From positions 124,001 through 188,000 of the IMG/VR virus record IMGVR_UViG_3300042473_001265: a DNA stretch of 64,000 nt; one strand, written 5' to 3'. Every line of letters begins with the position of its first letter. Position 1 is the first letter of the stretch. Shown piece after piece: positions 9,973 through 18,853 of the stretch. A program made the translations under genes and the position numbers. The notes beneath the pieces were generated by a model that did not search any database, was not told where the DNA came from, and saw nothing but the letters and a program-made list of their open reading frames with translations.

Positions 9973-10984
9973 CTCATATACCAGCTGGCAACCTTTAGAA
10001 GAAGTTATTGTGGGTCGTGCCTACAGCCCAGAATACTTTGATTTTATTGACAATGCTCAAGTGCGAAATCAACTGCAACAAATTCTAAGTGAGACTGAAG
10101 AAGATTTAACCAACTTACAAAAGACCATTGAAACATTTGGCGCTCGTGTCAGACGACCAAATCTTCCAGACATACATCAATTTCAGCAACAACAATCCAG
10201 TGGCGGCGGCGCACCATTGCCGCCACTGACACCTAGAGACTGGCAAATCAGTCTTGGTCAAAAGCTATTGCGTGTGTTACCAATGACAGAACTAGACGAA
10301 ATCTGTGCAGAGTATACTGATCAAGTGGTTAACCCGCATGGAAAAACATGGGATCCAGATTGTATATTGAATGGTGCCAGTGCCAGTTGTATTGTGCGTG
10401 TGGGGCAGGATGTGTTCTTTGACAACAGCGATTATTTGAAGCCTGAACAAACCAGATGGATTGTTGACAATTGTCTTGGTCCCGAGTATCGCATACACGA
10501 AGCCATCACAGACGGACACGGTGATGCAGTATTTGCTATTCTCAAACCTGGTGTAATTTTATCCAGTAAACATGACGCACAGTTGCATCTTGCCACAGAC
10601 TTTCCCGGATGGGAAGTGTTAAAAATTTGGGATAGCAGCATTTGGGCTGCAATGGAAGTGGGCAAGTTCAAATACGAACAAAGCCCGGGGGCATGGTATG
10701 TGCAGGGACAAACACCCACAGCAGAATTTACAGACTTTGTAAACACCTACTTGAACAAGTGGACTGGATTTGTTGCCGAAACAGTGTTTGATGTCAACTG
10801 TTTAGTGTTGGATGAACAGAATGTTATCTTCAGTGCCTACAACAGAGATGTGTTTGATTTTTGTAAAAAACACAAGATCAATCCCATCATTAGCGAACTA
10901 CGACACAGTTATTTCTGGGACGGCGGCATTTCATGTTGCACACAAGATTTAACACGAAAAGGTGGATTAGAAAGTTATCTATAA
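9965..10984 (+). CDS. Amidinotransferase (glycine/inosamine-phosphate amidinotransferase family)
   Basis: NSYTSWQPLEEVIVG N-terminus, PRD, GHGD, GGISCCTQD (catalytic Cys); TAAATA at 9938-9943 upstream. Confidence 0.85.
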   Translation: MINSYTSWQPLEEVIVGRAYSPEYFDFIDNAQVRNQLQQILSETEEDLTNLQKTIETFGARVRRPNLPDIHQFQQQQSSGGGAPLPPLTPRDWQISLGQKLLRVLPMTELDEICAEYTDQVVNPHGKTWDPDCILNGASASCIVRVGQDVFFDNSDYLKPEQTRWIVDNCLGPEYRIHEAITDGHGDAVFAILKPGVILSSKHDAQLHLATDFPGWEVLKIWDSSIWAAMEVGKFKYEQSPGAWYVQGQTPTAEFTDFVNTYLNKWTGFVAETVFDVNCLVLDEQNVIFSAYNRDVFDFCKKHKINPIISELRHSYFWDGGISCCTQDLTRKGGLESYL

Positions 10985-10996
10985 CTGTGTCAACAA

Positions 10997-11785
10997 TCAC
11001 TGCACCACTGGCAATTCTGTTGTGTCACTGATATGATTGTACATTAGATCTTTTACTGTATCTAATCTCTTTGATTTGTTTTCTGAACCCAAAACTATCA
11101 CTGCAAATATCTGCTTGTTTCTTTCTACTAGCAAGGCCACGCACCAGCCGGCTGGATTGGTAAAGCCTGTTTTACTGACCTGTATGTTGTCAAAATCAAA
11201 CAACAATGGCTGATTGGTATTGGGTAAAGAGATTACTCGAATGCGTTTTTTAAAATGCGATTCAATTTGAATCTGTCGTTGCACACTGATTTCTCGAACT
11301 AGCACATATGTGCCAGCAGCCGTTACCAAAGTACCCATGTCTCCTGCGGTACCCAAATTGTTTCGACTTAGGCCCGACGGATCTTGAAAGCTGGTGCTGG
11401 TCATGCCCAATGCTGCTGCACGACGATTCATAGCACGAATAAATGCTGTTCGTCCACCAGGATAGTCTTGTGCCAATGTTTCTGCTGCTGCATTGTCGCT
11501 GCGAACCAGCATGGCATCAAACAACTGGCGGCGTGTGTATAGACCAGCTGGTAAATTGCTGCCTACACGATTGCTAAGTTTTACACTGCGACTCAGCACA
11601 GGATCGTGGTCCAGGGCCACTATTGCTGTCATCAGTTTGGTAATAGATGCAATGGGCCTAACACGGTTGGCCTGTTGATTTAGCACAATGGTGTCTTGAG
11701 TTTGATTGTAGACCCAGACACTGGTGGCAGCATTTGCCCAGCCAGTGGCCGCAAGTACTAATGCTGTTATAAACGGTAGTTTCAT
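10997..11785 (-). CDS. D-alanyl-D-alanine carboxy/endopeptidase (peptidase S11, PBP5/PBP7-like), with signal peptide
   Basis: ASITK (SxxK), SDN (SxN), KTG triad; hydrophobic leader ending ..ANA. Confidence 0.92.
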   Translation of the reverse strand: MKLPFITALVLAATGWANAATSVWVYNQTQDTIVLNQQANRVRPIASITKLMTAIVALDHDPVLSRSVKLSNRVGSNLPAGLYTRRQLFDAMLVRSDNAAAETLAQDYPGGRTAFIRAMNRRAAALGMTSTSFQDPSGLSRNNLGTAGDMGTLVTAAGTYVLVREISVQRQIQIESHFKKRIRVISLPNTNQPLLFDFDNIQVSKTGFTNPAGWCVALLVERNKQIFAVIVLGSENKSKRLDTVKDLMYNHISDTTELPVVQ

Positions 11786-11793
11786 ACCTTATT

Positions 11794-12342
11794 TTAAGAA
11801 AACCGCCAGTAACTTGAAACTCTAATGGTGCCCTCTGGCACTGGATTAAACATGGCATGCCACAGCAGCGGCTGACTGCCGTCAGCAGCCAAGTGATTAA
11901 GCATGATATAGCCCGAATTGGGCCGGCTTAGAAATTGATACAGTAGGTTCTCTGGGTGTTTGTAACGATAAAATCCAGTGCCATATGCCTCGCTGGGCAC
12001 TGTCCAGTACAACTGCATGCTGTTAGGTACATGTCCGTCGGTGTGCATTGCAACATCAAATCCAGGAACATCTATCCAGAAGTGGCCACCCATTGATTTA
12101 AACTCTGTGCCCAGTGCAGTATTAATTTCAGGCAAGCAATGATTGATGTATCTGCTGTAACGCTGAGCAGTGACGTCGTCCCAATTGACTTGCCGACGAG
12201 GCCAAGACTCTTGTCCGCTGCTTAAACTGGTGGACACGGCGGACCAGTCTGTGCTGACTATTTCATCTGCTTGTTCTTGGGGCAGCAAGTCGTCGACTTG
12301 CCAAAGTCTGGCACGATCATCAACTTGTGTAAATTTGGCCAT
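11794..12342 (-). CDS. 2OG-Fe(II) oxygenase-like protein
   Basis: HTD (HxD), distal H (WHAM), RVS (RxS) in DSBH-like spacing. Confidence 0.7.
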   Translation of the reverse strand: MAKFTQVDDRARLWQVDDLLPQEQADEIVSTDWSAVSTSLSSGQESWPRRQVNWDDVTAQRYSRYINHCLPEINTALGTEFKSMGGHFWIDVPGFDVAMHTDGHVPNSMQLYWTVPSEAYGTGFYRYKHPENLLYQFLSRPNSGYIMLNHLAADGSQPLLWHAMFNPVPEGTIRVSSYWRFS

Positions 12343-13856
12343 TATGAATGGACCTTTACTCCGTACAATTGTTCAAATCGATCAGCGTCGGCACGATCAT
12401 TAACAACAGGCTCTCCGCGTATGTTAAGACTGGTGTTCAGCAGCATGGGACAGCCGGTCATTACAAACCACTTTTCCAAGAGTTCTCTAATGCCTGAACC
12501 ATCCGCAGGAACTGTCTGCACTCTACTAGTGCCGTCATGATGCACAATAGCAGGAAAAAGCTCAGGATACCAGCAGTTGGCGACTGCTTGCATATACCTA
12601 CTATGGCTGAAACCCCTAGGCATATCAAAATACTGATCAGCGTATTCTTCAAGGATAACTGGTGCAAATGGTCTGAATTTTTGTCTGCGTTTGATCTCAT
12701 TTACTCGATCCTTTATTTCCGGGCCGCGAGGGTCTGCTAGTAAACTCCTATTGCCTAACGCACGTGGGCCGAACTCGGCGCGTCCCGACGCCACGCCCAC
12801 AATACCATGCTGCAATAGATGATCCAGCAGCTGATTAACAGGATATTTACCACCAATGCTATCGCCCAAATAAGCGTCAGTCCAATCAATGCGACCACCG
12901 TAAGCCAACGCTGCGGCGCCAAGACTGCTGCCACCATCGCCTGGGCAGGGCATGATCCAAATATTGTCAAAATAATTTCCAATCCGTTGGTTGGCACTAC
13001 AGTTAAGGGCAACACCACCCATGTACACTAGATTGTTGCTCCAGTTGAATTGTTTTGCACGAAACATTACATTCAAAATAAGGTCTTCTGCTAGAGCCTG
13101 TGCCCCGGCAGCAATATCAAACTCTGAATAATCATTTAGATATTCAGCTGCCAGACCTGTGTGCAGATTATCTTTGAAACGAATTTCATATTCATTGTCG
13201 ACGAGATCGTAGCGCATTCGATTGCTGATATTGTTTTGTCCATATGCAGCCATGCCCATCAGGATGTATTCTTCGTCCAAGGGTCGTAGACCCACACGAG
13301 CTGTGACTGCGCTGTAAAACAAACCTATGCTGTGCGGATACCCGCGGGACCAAAGTTTTTGATAAGTTGCTCGACCCGAAGAATTGTATTCAGCACCCCA
13401 GATGGTTATAGTATCTAGTTCTCCAACAGCATCTATCACAACCACCGTGGCTCGATCATAGGGGCTGGTCTGGAATCCGGCGGCGGCGTGGGCAATATGG
13501 TGTCCTGTGTAACTGTGTCTAGCATGTAATAAAGCACTGAGATGTGGGCCAGCAGATAGATGTTTACGGAGATACTGCCCAAGAGTAAAAGAATTAAGAT
13601 CCAATGCTTCATGATATTGTCCGGAATAAAGTTGTTGTATTTTTTTGACCCATGGACGTTCGTAATAAGCAACCTGGTCCGGTGTGCCGTGACGCAAGGC
13701 TGCTGCCACTAGTTCATCATTTAGGTGTGCGTCATTCTTGATCTTGCTATAGCGTTCTGCATGTCCAGCAAACAGCACAGATCCGCCGGAGTCAATCATG
13801 CTGACAGCAGCATCGTGGTAACCGGCGCTGATTCCCAAATACTTTTTTAATTTCAT
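12342..13856 (-). CDS. O-carbamoyltransferase (NodU/CmcH/TobZ family)
   Basis: HDAA, ERYSKIKND, HHIAHA, GGVALN, EFGPRALGNRS, FRPFAP, DGTSRVQTV, LNTSLN. Confidence 0.93.
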   Translation of the reverse strand: MKLKKYLGISAGYHDAAVSMIDSGGSVLFAGHAERYSKIKNDAHLNDELVAAALRHGTPDQVAYYERPWVKKIQQLYSGQYHEALDLNSFTLGQYLRKHLSAGPHLSALLHARHSYTGHHIAHAAAGFQTSPYDRATVVVIDAVGELDTITIWGAEYNSSGRATYQKLWSRGYPHSIGLFYSAVTARVGLRPLDEEYILMGMAAYGQNNISNRMRYDLVDNEYEIRFKDNLHTGLAAEYLNDYSEFDIAAGAQALAEDLILNVMFRAKQFNWSNNLVYMGGVALNCSANQRIGNYFDNIWIMPCPGDGGSSLGAAALAYGGRIDWTDAYLGDSIGGKYPVNQLLDHLLQHGIVGVASGRAEFGPRALGNRSLLADPRGPEIKDRVNEIKRRQKFRPFAPVILEEYADQYFDMPRGFSHSRYMQAVANCWYPELFPAIVHHDGTSRVQTVPADGSGIRELLEKWFVMTGCPMLLNTSLNIRGEPVVNDRADADRFEQLYGVKVHS

Positions 13857-13954
13857 TTGTAGATAAACGGATCTCGTTTACGAAGTTCTTTGAGTTTTTT
13901 ACGATAACGTATTTCTAAGCGAATACGGCTAATTAAATTTTTAATCCAGTTCAT
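13853..13954 (-). CDS. 33-aa basic peptide MNWIKNLISRIRLEIRYRKKLKELRKRDPFIYK
   Basis: Fills the intergenic gap exactly, with ATGA overlaps at both ends; not in ORF track. Confidence 0.8.
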   Translation of the reverse strand: MNWIKNLISRIRLEIRYRKKLKELRKRDPFIYK

Positions 13955-15054
13955 GGAGTTTTCCTTGATGAATAGTCATAGCCCGGGCGCATCATATCAA
14001 TTTGTTTTTGCTTGTAATCAGCGTCGGTCCAACAGTAATCAAATGTACTGACGACACCGTCTATTTCTATCTTGTATATATCCAAATGCGAACTCAGTAT
14101 ATCCCAAATAGCCTGATAATCAGTTGTGCCGAAACTTTGCTGTAACTGCACTTGTCCAATGGGCAGGTATCCTAAACTCAATGCTGAATCTTCGGGGTCG
14201 CGTCCATTGGCCTGCAACCACCGTTTAAATTCGTCTTGTTGATTGTTGTGCCACGGTTGATTGCCATTGTATACCACATCGTTGCCCCATTCTATGTCAA
14301 ACTCTCCGCTGTAGTATTTTAATTCTGTAATAGCTTCGCATACTGTTGCAGTAAGTTCCGGAGCATGTTCGTCACGAAACACTTCGAATAGTGTTTTGCC
14401 TATCTGTGCCCAGTGCATATAAACACCGCCCAACACACGGTCGTATCCGTTTGTTACAAAGCCCGATCTATGTGCAGGTTTTAGATTGTAACGAGCTGCT
14501 GCTAAGAATGTAGTAATTTGACTGGGGCGCAGCCAATAAGGCGTAGTGTTTGCTTTGCGCTGACTGAGAATCAGTGACTCCATTTCGTGACAGATATTGT
14601 TCAACTGTCTTATGGCATACTTGGTATCATAGTCGGCCCGTTGATAATAGTTGCTTAAATTGTTTACGGTACCTTGCAGCACTTCAAAGTGGTTGTGAAG
14701 CCTGTTCAACATGTCGTGGTTGACATGTTGTACAATTTTGTCAGGATTTTGTGACCATGGACCTGCTGTTGTAACCGTAGCAGGCGAGTATGTTTCTTTA
14801 ATTTTGTAGTCATCAAAGAAGTTGTTTACTACACTGGCCGCTTGGTTGACTTCGTTGCACAGGTAATCAAGTGTGCGAGCTGTTTTGGAAAATCCCATAA
14901 AACAAAAGTTTTTTTCCAACAGGTTGCCAGACTGTAGCAGTGTTTTGAGAGCAGGTATCCAATCTTGTGCCAATTCATTGTCTGCGGGCAGTATGGTATA
15001 GTCAACCTGATCGCTATGTTTCAACGGATTGCGTAGTACAATTTTAACAGTCAA
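13951..15054 (-). CDS. Hypothetical protein (367 aa) in modification operon
   Basis: ORF track; TTG start overlapping the previous gene; LHNHFE and NNICHEME His/Glu motifs. Confidence 0.75.
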   Translation of the reverse strand: MTVKIVLRNPLKHSDQVDYTILPADNELAQDWIPALKTLLQSGNLLEKNFCFMGFSKTARTLDYLCNEVNQAASVVNNFFDDYKIKETYSPATVTTAGPWSQNPDKIVQHVNHDMLNRLHNHFEVLQGTVNNLSNYYQRADYDTKYAIRQLNNICHEMESLILSQRKANTTPYWLRPSQITTFLAAARYNLKPAHRSGFVTNGYDRVLGGVYMHWAQIGKTLFEVFRDEHAPELTATVCEAITELKYYSGEFDIEWGNDVVYNGNQPWHNNQQDEFKRWLQANGRDPEDSALSLGYLPIGQVQLQQSFGTTDYQAIWDILSSHLDIYKIEIDGVVSTFDYCWTDADYKQKQIDMMRPGYDYSSRKTP

Positions 15055-16336
15055 TTTGATTCCACCATGTTAACACATCAGGTCGGCTGGCCAGTATGTC
15101 GGCCATTGTAAATTTATCTTCACGAATTTGTTCTAGTTTTAACACACGCTGCTTGCCTCGAACAAGTCCTGCTTGCCAGGTGTCGGGCCATTGTTCTTCA
15201 AAGGTTGGGCGGGTTTTTAATTGTACCAGGATTGCTTGCACAGCTCCAGAACAAGAGGCTATCAATTCATCCAGCCACGGGTCAAGCAGGTGCCGCGGCA
15301 GAGCCAATGGGCTCATCACAATGTCAGGAGAAAACGCAAATACCACTTTTGCTAAGATATCGGTGTCTGTTTGTTGTGCAAGTTGCACAATGTTTTCAAT
15401 TTCAAACATTCCTGGCAAGGTGAGAGTAAAGTCGATTCTGACCTGGCGTCTGTGAGTTCTTGCTGCAACTGCTCTATCGTAATTTTTGCGCCAGCCAGCA
15501 TAGTCAAGGCCTGTTCTAATATATTCGCCAATGCGTTGTGTACCATCGAGACTCGCACAGATTTGCCAATCACGAAGGCCATGTAGAATCCCATCAAAGA
15601 GATCAATGCCACGATAATTAATTCTCGAAAGGTTAGTATTATATCTCGCATAGACTTTATGTCCATCTCCAAGTTCAACAATGCGTTTCATATAGCGCCA
15701 ATGTTGTTCGTACATCAAGGGTTCGCCACCAACCCAATACACTTCTTCAACGCGGTGTTCTTCAACTGCCTGCGCAAATTCTGCTTCGATTTGTTGATCT
15801 TGAAACTGAGAGATATCCTTTCTGACAGCAGGTTGCATCCAATTGTTCTTTGAATTGGACCAATCAATCATGTTGTGTTGGCGCTGTTCGCTTTCCCATG
15901 CACTGCTCAACATGTCACCGCATGTACGACATTTGAAATTGCACAGGTTACTGAATCTGTAGTCCCAACTCACTGGCAGCATGCTGGTGCTGCCGTCTGC
16001 ATCAGTGGTTTCCCAAATGCTATCATACTTATGTTTGAACATACTCCAGAAATAGCTGCGGTAAACATCGGTGTTTAGAAGTTTGCTGTTGCATACATCA
16101 CATTCTGGCAGTGTTTCTCCGGCCATCATACGGCGACGCACACTCCGCATGTGTTCACTGTTCCAGTGTTGATCCAGTGTGATGGGAGTATATTTGCCTG
16201 AGCCGGCGGCTGTGTCAATGTACTGTGTGAAACTTTGTGCAGGCTCACGGCTGGCACAGCACATTCTGCGTTCAGTTTGTGGACTCAGGTAGGTGTGAGT
16301 CCACGGCGCCATGCAAAGTGTTTCAGGCTTTGACAT
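15044..16336 (-). CDS. Radical SAM protein with N-terminal twitch (half-SPASM) domain
   Basis: CMAPW..RMCC..CDVC N-terminal; CNFKCRTC; GGEP; YNTN. Confidence 0.9.
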   Translation of the reverse strand: MSKPETLCMAPWTHTYLSPQTERRMCCASREPAQSFTQYIDTAAGSGKYTPITLDQHWNSEHMRSVRRRMMAGETLPECDVCNSKLLNTDVYRSYFWSMFKHKYDSIWETTDADGSTSMLPVSWDYRFSNLCNFKCRTCGDMLSSAWESEQRQHNMIDWSNSKNNWMQPAVRKDISQFQDQQIEAEFAQAVEEHRVEEVYWVGGEPLMYEQHWRYMKRIVELGDGHKVYARYNTNLSRINYRGIDLFDGILHGLRDWQICASLDGTQRIGEYIRTGLDYAGWRKNYDRAVAARTHRRQVRIDFTLTLPGMFEIENIVQLAQQTDTDILAKVVFAFSPDIVMSPLALPRHLLDPWLDELIASCSGAVQAILVQLKTRPTFEEQWPDTWQAGLVRGKQRVLKLEQIREDKFTMADILASRPDVLTWWNQIDC

Positions 16337-17537
16337 AGTCAATCAATGCTGCAAACTCCGGCTCTACATCTGCTAGATTTTGTTGTCGTTTACGGTCAAG
16401 ATCAAGGATATTCATTCGTAGCAATTGTCCATCCAAACTGTTGCCACGATTCATAAATTCTGCGGCACTGACAAATTCTGACAGTATGTTAGCAGGAACA
16501 TCAGCCCGGGTCAATTGTTTTGTAATCGCTGTTTTGGCTGATTCAGGCAGGGTACTGATGCTGAAGTAATAGGCATCATGCATCATGTTCCAGTATATAA
16601 AATCAAACTTTTGCTGTATTAACCATTGGGCCACTGTTTCAAGATAATACACATTGAACACATTGATGGTACAACAGGCCTGCAATGTAATGTTGCTGTT
16701 GCGACTGCGTAGTTGTCTAAAGCGTTCTGTATTTGCAACCACATCGGCCCAGACGGCATTGCTGCGCTGATATTCGAATCGGTGTTCAACATCGTCAATG
16801 CTTAGTGCAATTTCAACATGTTTGAAATGTTTCCAAATTGCTTCGCCTTCTTCGGGGTACTGTGTGCCATTGGTGTTGTAGTGTATTTCAACTTGTGCAG
16901 CGCGACCTGTGTCTACTAATTTTTGTAACAGTTGGAAATGTTCCTTGATCATGAACGGTTCACCACCAGTGAACTCAATGTAACGAATGTTGTCTAGATG
17001 TTGATCTAGATCCGTCCAAAATTCAGCACTTTCTCTTGGCCAGGCACCGTCTTTCAACATCTGATAAGCAAAGCTACTGCGAGTTTCTTCTGCACGATTG
17101 AACCGAATTTCTTCTGCTGCAAACTGGCTGCTGCTCCAAGATCCACATATGCGGCATTTTAGATTGCAAATGTTGCCCAGTTTGAGATCAAGAAACATCA
17201 AGGGCATTGCATCTGCTGTCCACGACACATTGGAATCGAGCAGGTGTTTGAGTCTGTCTAGTGTATGCATGCGCTTGCTGGTACGCCCGGCTCGCTCTTC
17301 ATTCCAGCAGCGGCGACAGTTTTGTGGTTTTTTGCCAGCAAGAAAATCTTCGCGCAGCGTTCGCATTGCTCGGCTATTTTGTATTTCCGTCAAGCTGGTG
17401 TTGGCCAACTTGTATTTGTTGCCGTCGTTGTCTTCAATCTCGTCAATGGCCAAACAACAAGGTCGTACTGTTCCCACTGGACTTGCTTCCAAGCTGATCC
17501 AAGGTAGTACACAAAAAGTATCATGGGGTATGTTCAT
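16323..17537 (-). CDS. Radical SAM protein with N-terminal twitch domain
   Basis: FCVLPW..RPCC..CRRCW; CNLKCRIC; GGEP; YNTNG. Confidence 0.9.
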   Translation of the reverse strand: MNIPHDTFCVLPWISLEASPVGTVRPCCLAIDEIEDNDGNKYKLANTSLTEIQNSRAMRTLREDFLAGKKPQNCRRCWNEERAGRTSKRMHTLDRLKHLLDSNVSWTADAMPLMFLDLKLGNICNLKCRICGSWSSSQFAAEEIRFNRAEETRSSFAYQMLKDGAWPRESAEFWTDLDQHLDNIRYIEFTGGEPFMIKEHFQLLQKLVDTGRAAQVEIHYNTNGTQYPEEGEAIWKHFKHVEIALSIDDVEHRFEYQRSNAVWADVVANTERFRQLRSRNSNITLQACCTINVFNVYYLETVAQWLIQQKFDFIYWNMMHDAYYFSISTLPESAKTAITKQLTRADVPANILSEFVSAAEFMNRGNSLDGQLLRMNILDLDRKRQQNLADVEPEFAALIDYVKA

Positions 17538-18853
17538 TTGATAGGAATCCTGGTATCAGGCCGACGAAATTCTATAATGGATTCAAGTTCTGGTACTACA
17601 CCAAGCAATGATTCACTGCGAGACCAATCCAGATCATTTACTGAATCCCAAAAATCTTTCAACAAGTGTGAATTGTCTGTGGCCATCATAAATGCTATGG
17701 CGCCTTCAAATCCGCCCACAGCTCGTTGTATCTGATCAATAGGACGCAGATATTCAATGTGTTCTTCAAACTGCTGTTTAAATTTTAATTTAAGGTGCAT
17801 CGGCAACATGTCTATACGATAATCCTGCGGCCCTTGTAAAATATTCAGATTGAAGTCTTGTGCTTTGATGAACCCAGAATCGATCATGTAACGGTGGAAT
17901 TTAACAAAGTTCCATATGTTCATCATACTCAGTGTGGGACTGATCATAAAATCTATATGCGGGCACTCGCGTTTTAGATCCCGTATATTTTGTTCTACCT
18001 GGGCCCAATCAGTTCCAGATCGTATAACTTCGGCCCGCTCGGCCATGTCATCCAGGCTGGCGGCCACACACACATTGGGAAAATGTTTCCATAGTTCCAG
18101 CACTGATTCTTTTTTATATCGCAGGTCGTTTAGATTGGTATTGTAAATCAGCCGCACTTCGGTGTTGCCTTTTTCTATCAGCAATTTTAAGATGCGATTG
18201 TGTTCTTCCATGATCAATGGTTCGCCACCGGCAAAATAAATTTGTTCCAAATGCGGAATATGTTCTTGCATTTGCTCCCACACATCCTCCTCGTGCTGGC
18301 CTGCAAATTGCACTCGCGGTCGTAATGGTTTCCCCCACAGCTTAACATCGTCGTCGTACCAGCGACTGCTAAAAATACTGCCACAACTGCGACATTTGAG
18401 CTGACACATGTTGCTAAATCTCACATCCCAATAATGCAACCGCATGTCGGGCAAGCTACCATCTGGCAAAGTTTGATCTATTTCGTCGATGTAATGTCCA
18501 AAATTCTTATTGCTGTTATTTCTCATGCTGGCAAATCCAGCGCCTTCCTGTTCGTAACAGTCGCCACACTGTTTACAAGATTTATCCGCCAACATATTGC
18601 GCCGCATTTCACGCATGGGCTCGTCGTTCCATATTTCCCGCATGGTGTTTTCTTTGAGATTTCCCACTGGATGTTCGGCTTTGCCTAAACAGCAAGGATA
18701 TGCTCGACCGTCCGGCCATGCATGCAGATGTATCCAGGGAATCATGCAAAACACTTCCGACTCAATCAATTTATGCTGCTGATCCTTTGTTATATCTTCT
18801 AGTTTTATGTAGGATGGAATGCGGTCTTTCCAATTGTAGTTGCTAAGACTCAT
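17534..18853 (-). CDS. Radical SAM protein with N-terminal twitch domain
   Basis: FCMIPW..YPCC..CGDCY; CQLKCRSC; GGEP; ATGA-coupled start. Confidence 0.9.
   Translation of the reverse strand: MSLSNYNWKDRIPSYIKLEDITKDQQHKLIESEVFCMIPWIHLHAWPDGRAYPCCLGKAEHPVGNLKENTMREIWNDEPMREMRRNMLADKSCKQCGDCYEQEGAGFASMRNNSNKNFGHYIDEIDQTLPDGSLPDMRLHYWDVRFSNMCQLKCRSCGSIFSSRWYDDDVKLWGKPLRPRVQFAGQHEEDVWEQMQEHIPHLEQIYFAGGEPLIMEEHNRILKLLIEKGNTEVRLIYNTNLNDLRYKKESVLELWKHFPNVCVAASLDDMAERAEVIRSGTDWAQVEQNIRDLKRECPHIDFMISPTLSMMNIWNFVKFHRYMIDSGFIKAQDFNLNILQGPQDYRIDMLPMHLKLKFKQQFEEHIEYLRPIDQIQRAVGGFEGAIAFMMATDNSHLLKDFWDSVNDLDWSRSESLLGVVPELESIIEFRRPDTRIPIK

Noticed and set aside
9965-13954. Saxitoxin or aminoglycoside antibiotic biosynthetic cluster
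   Set aside because: Only the tailoring enzyme classes are shared. No SxtA-like PKS, DOI synthase, transporter or resistance gene is present, and the context is a phage.
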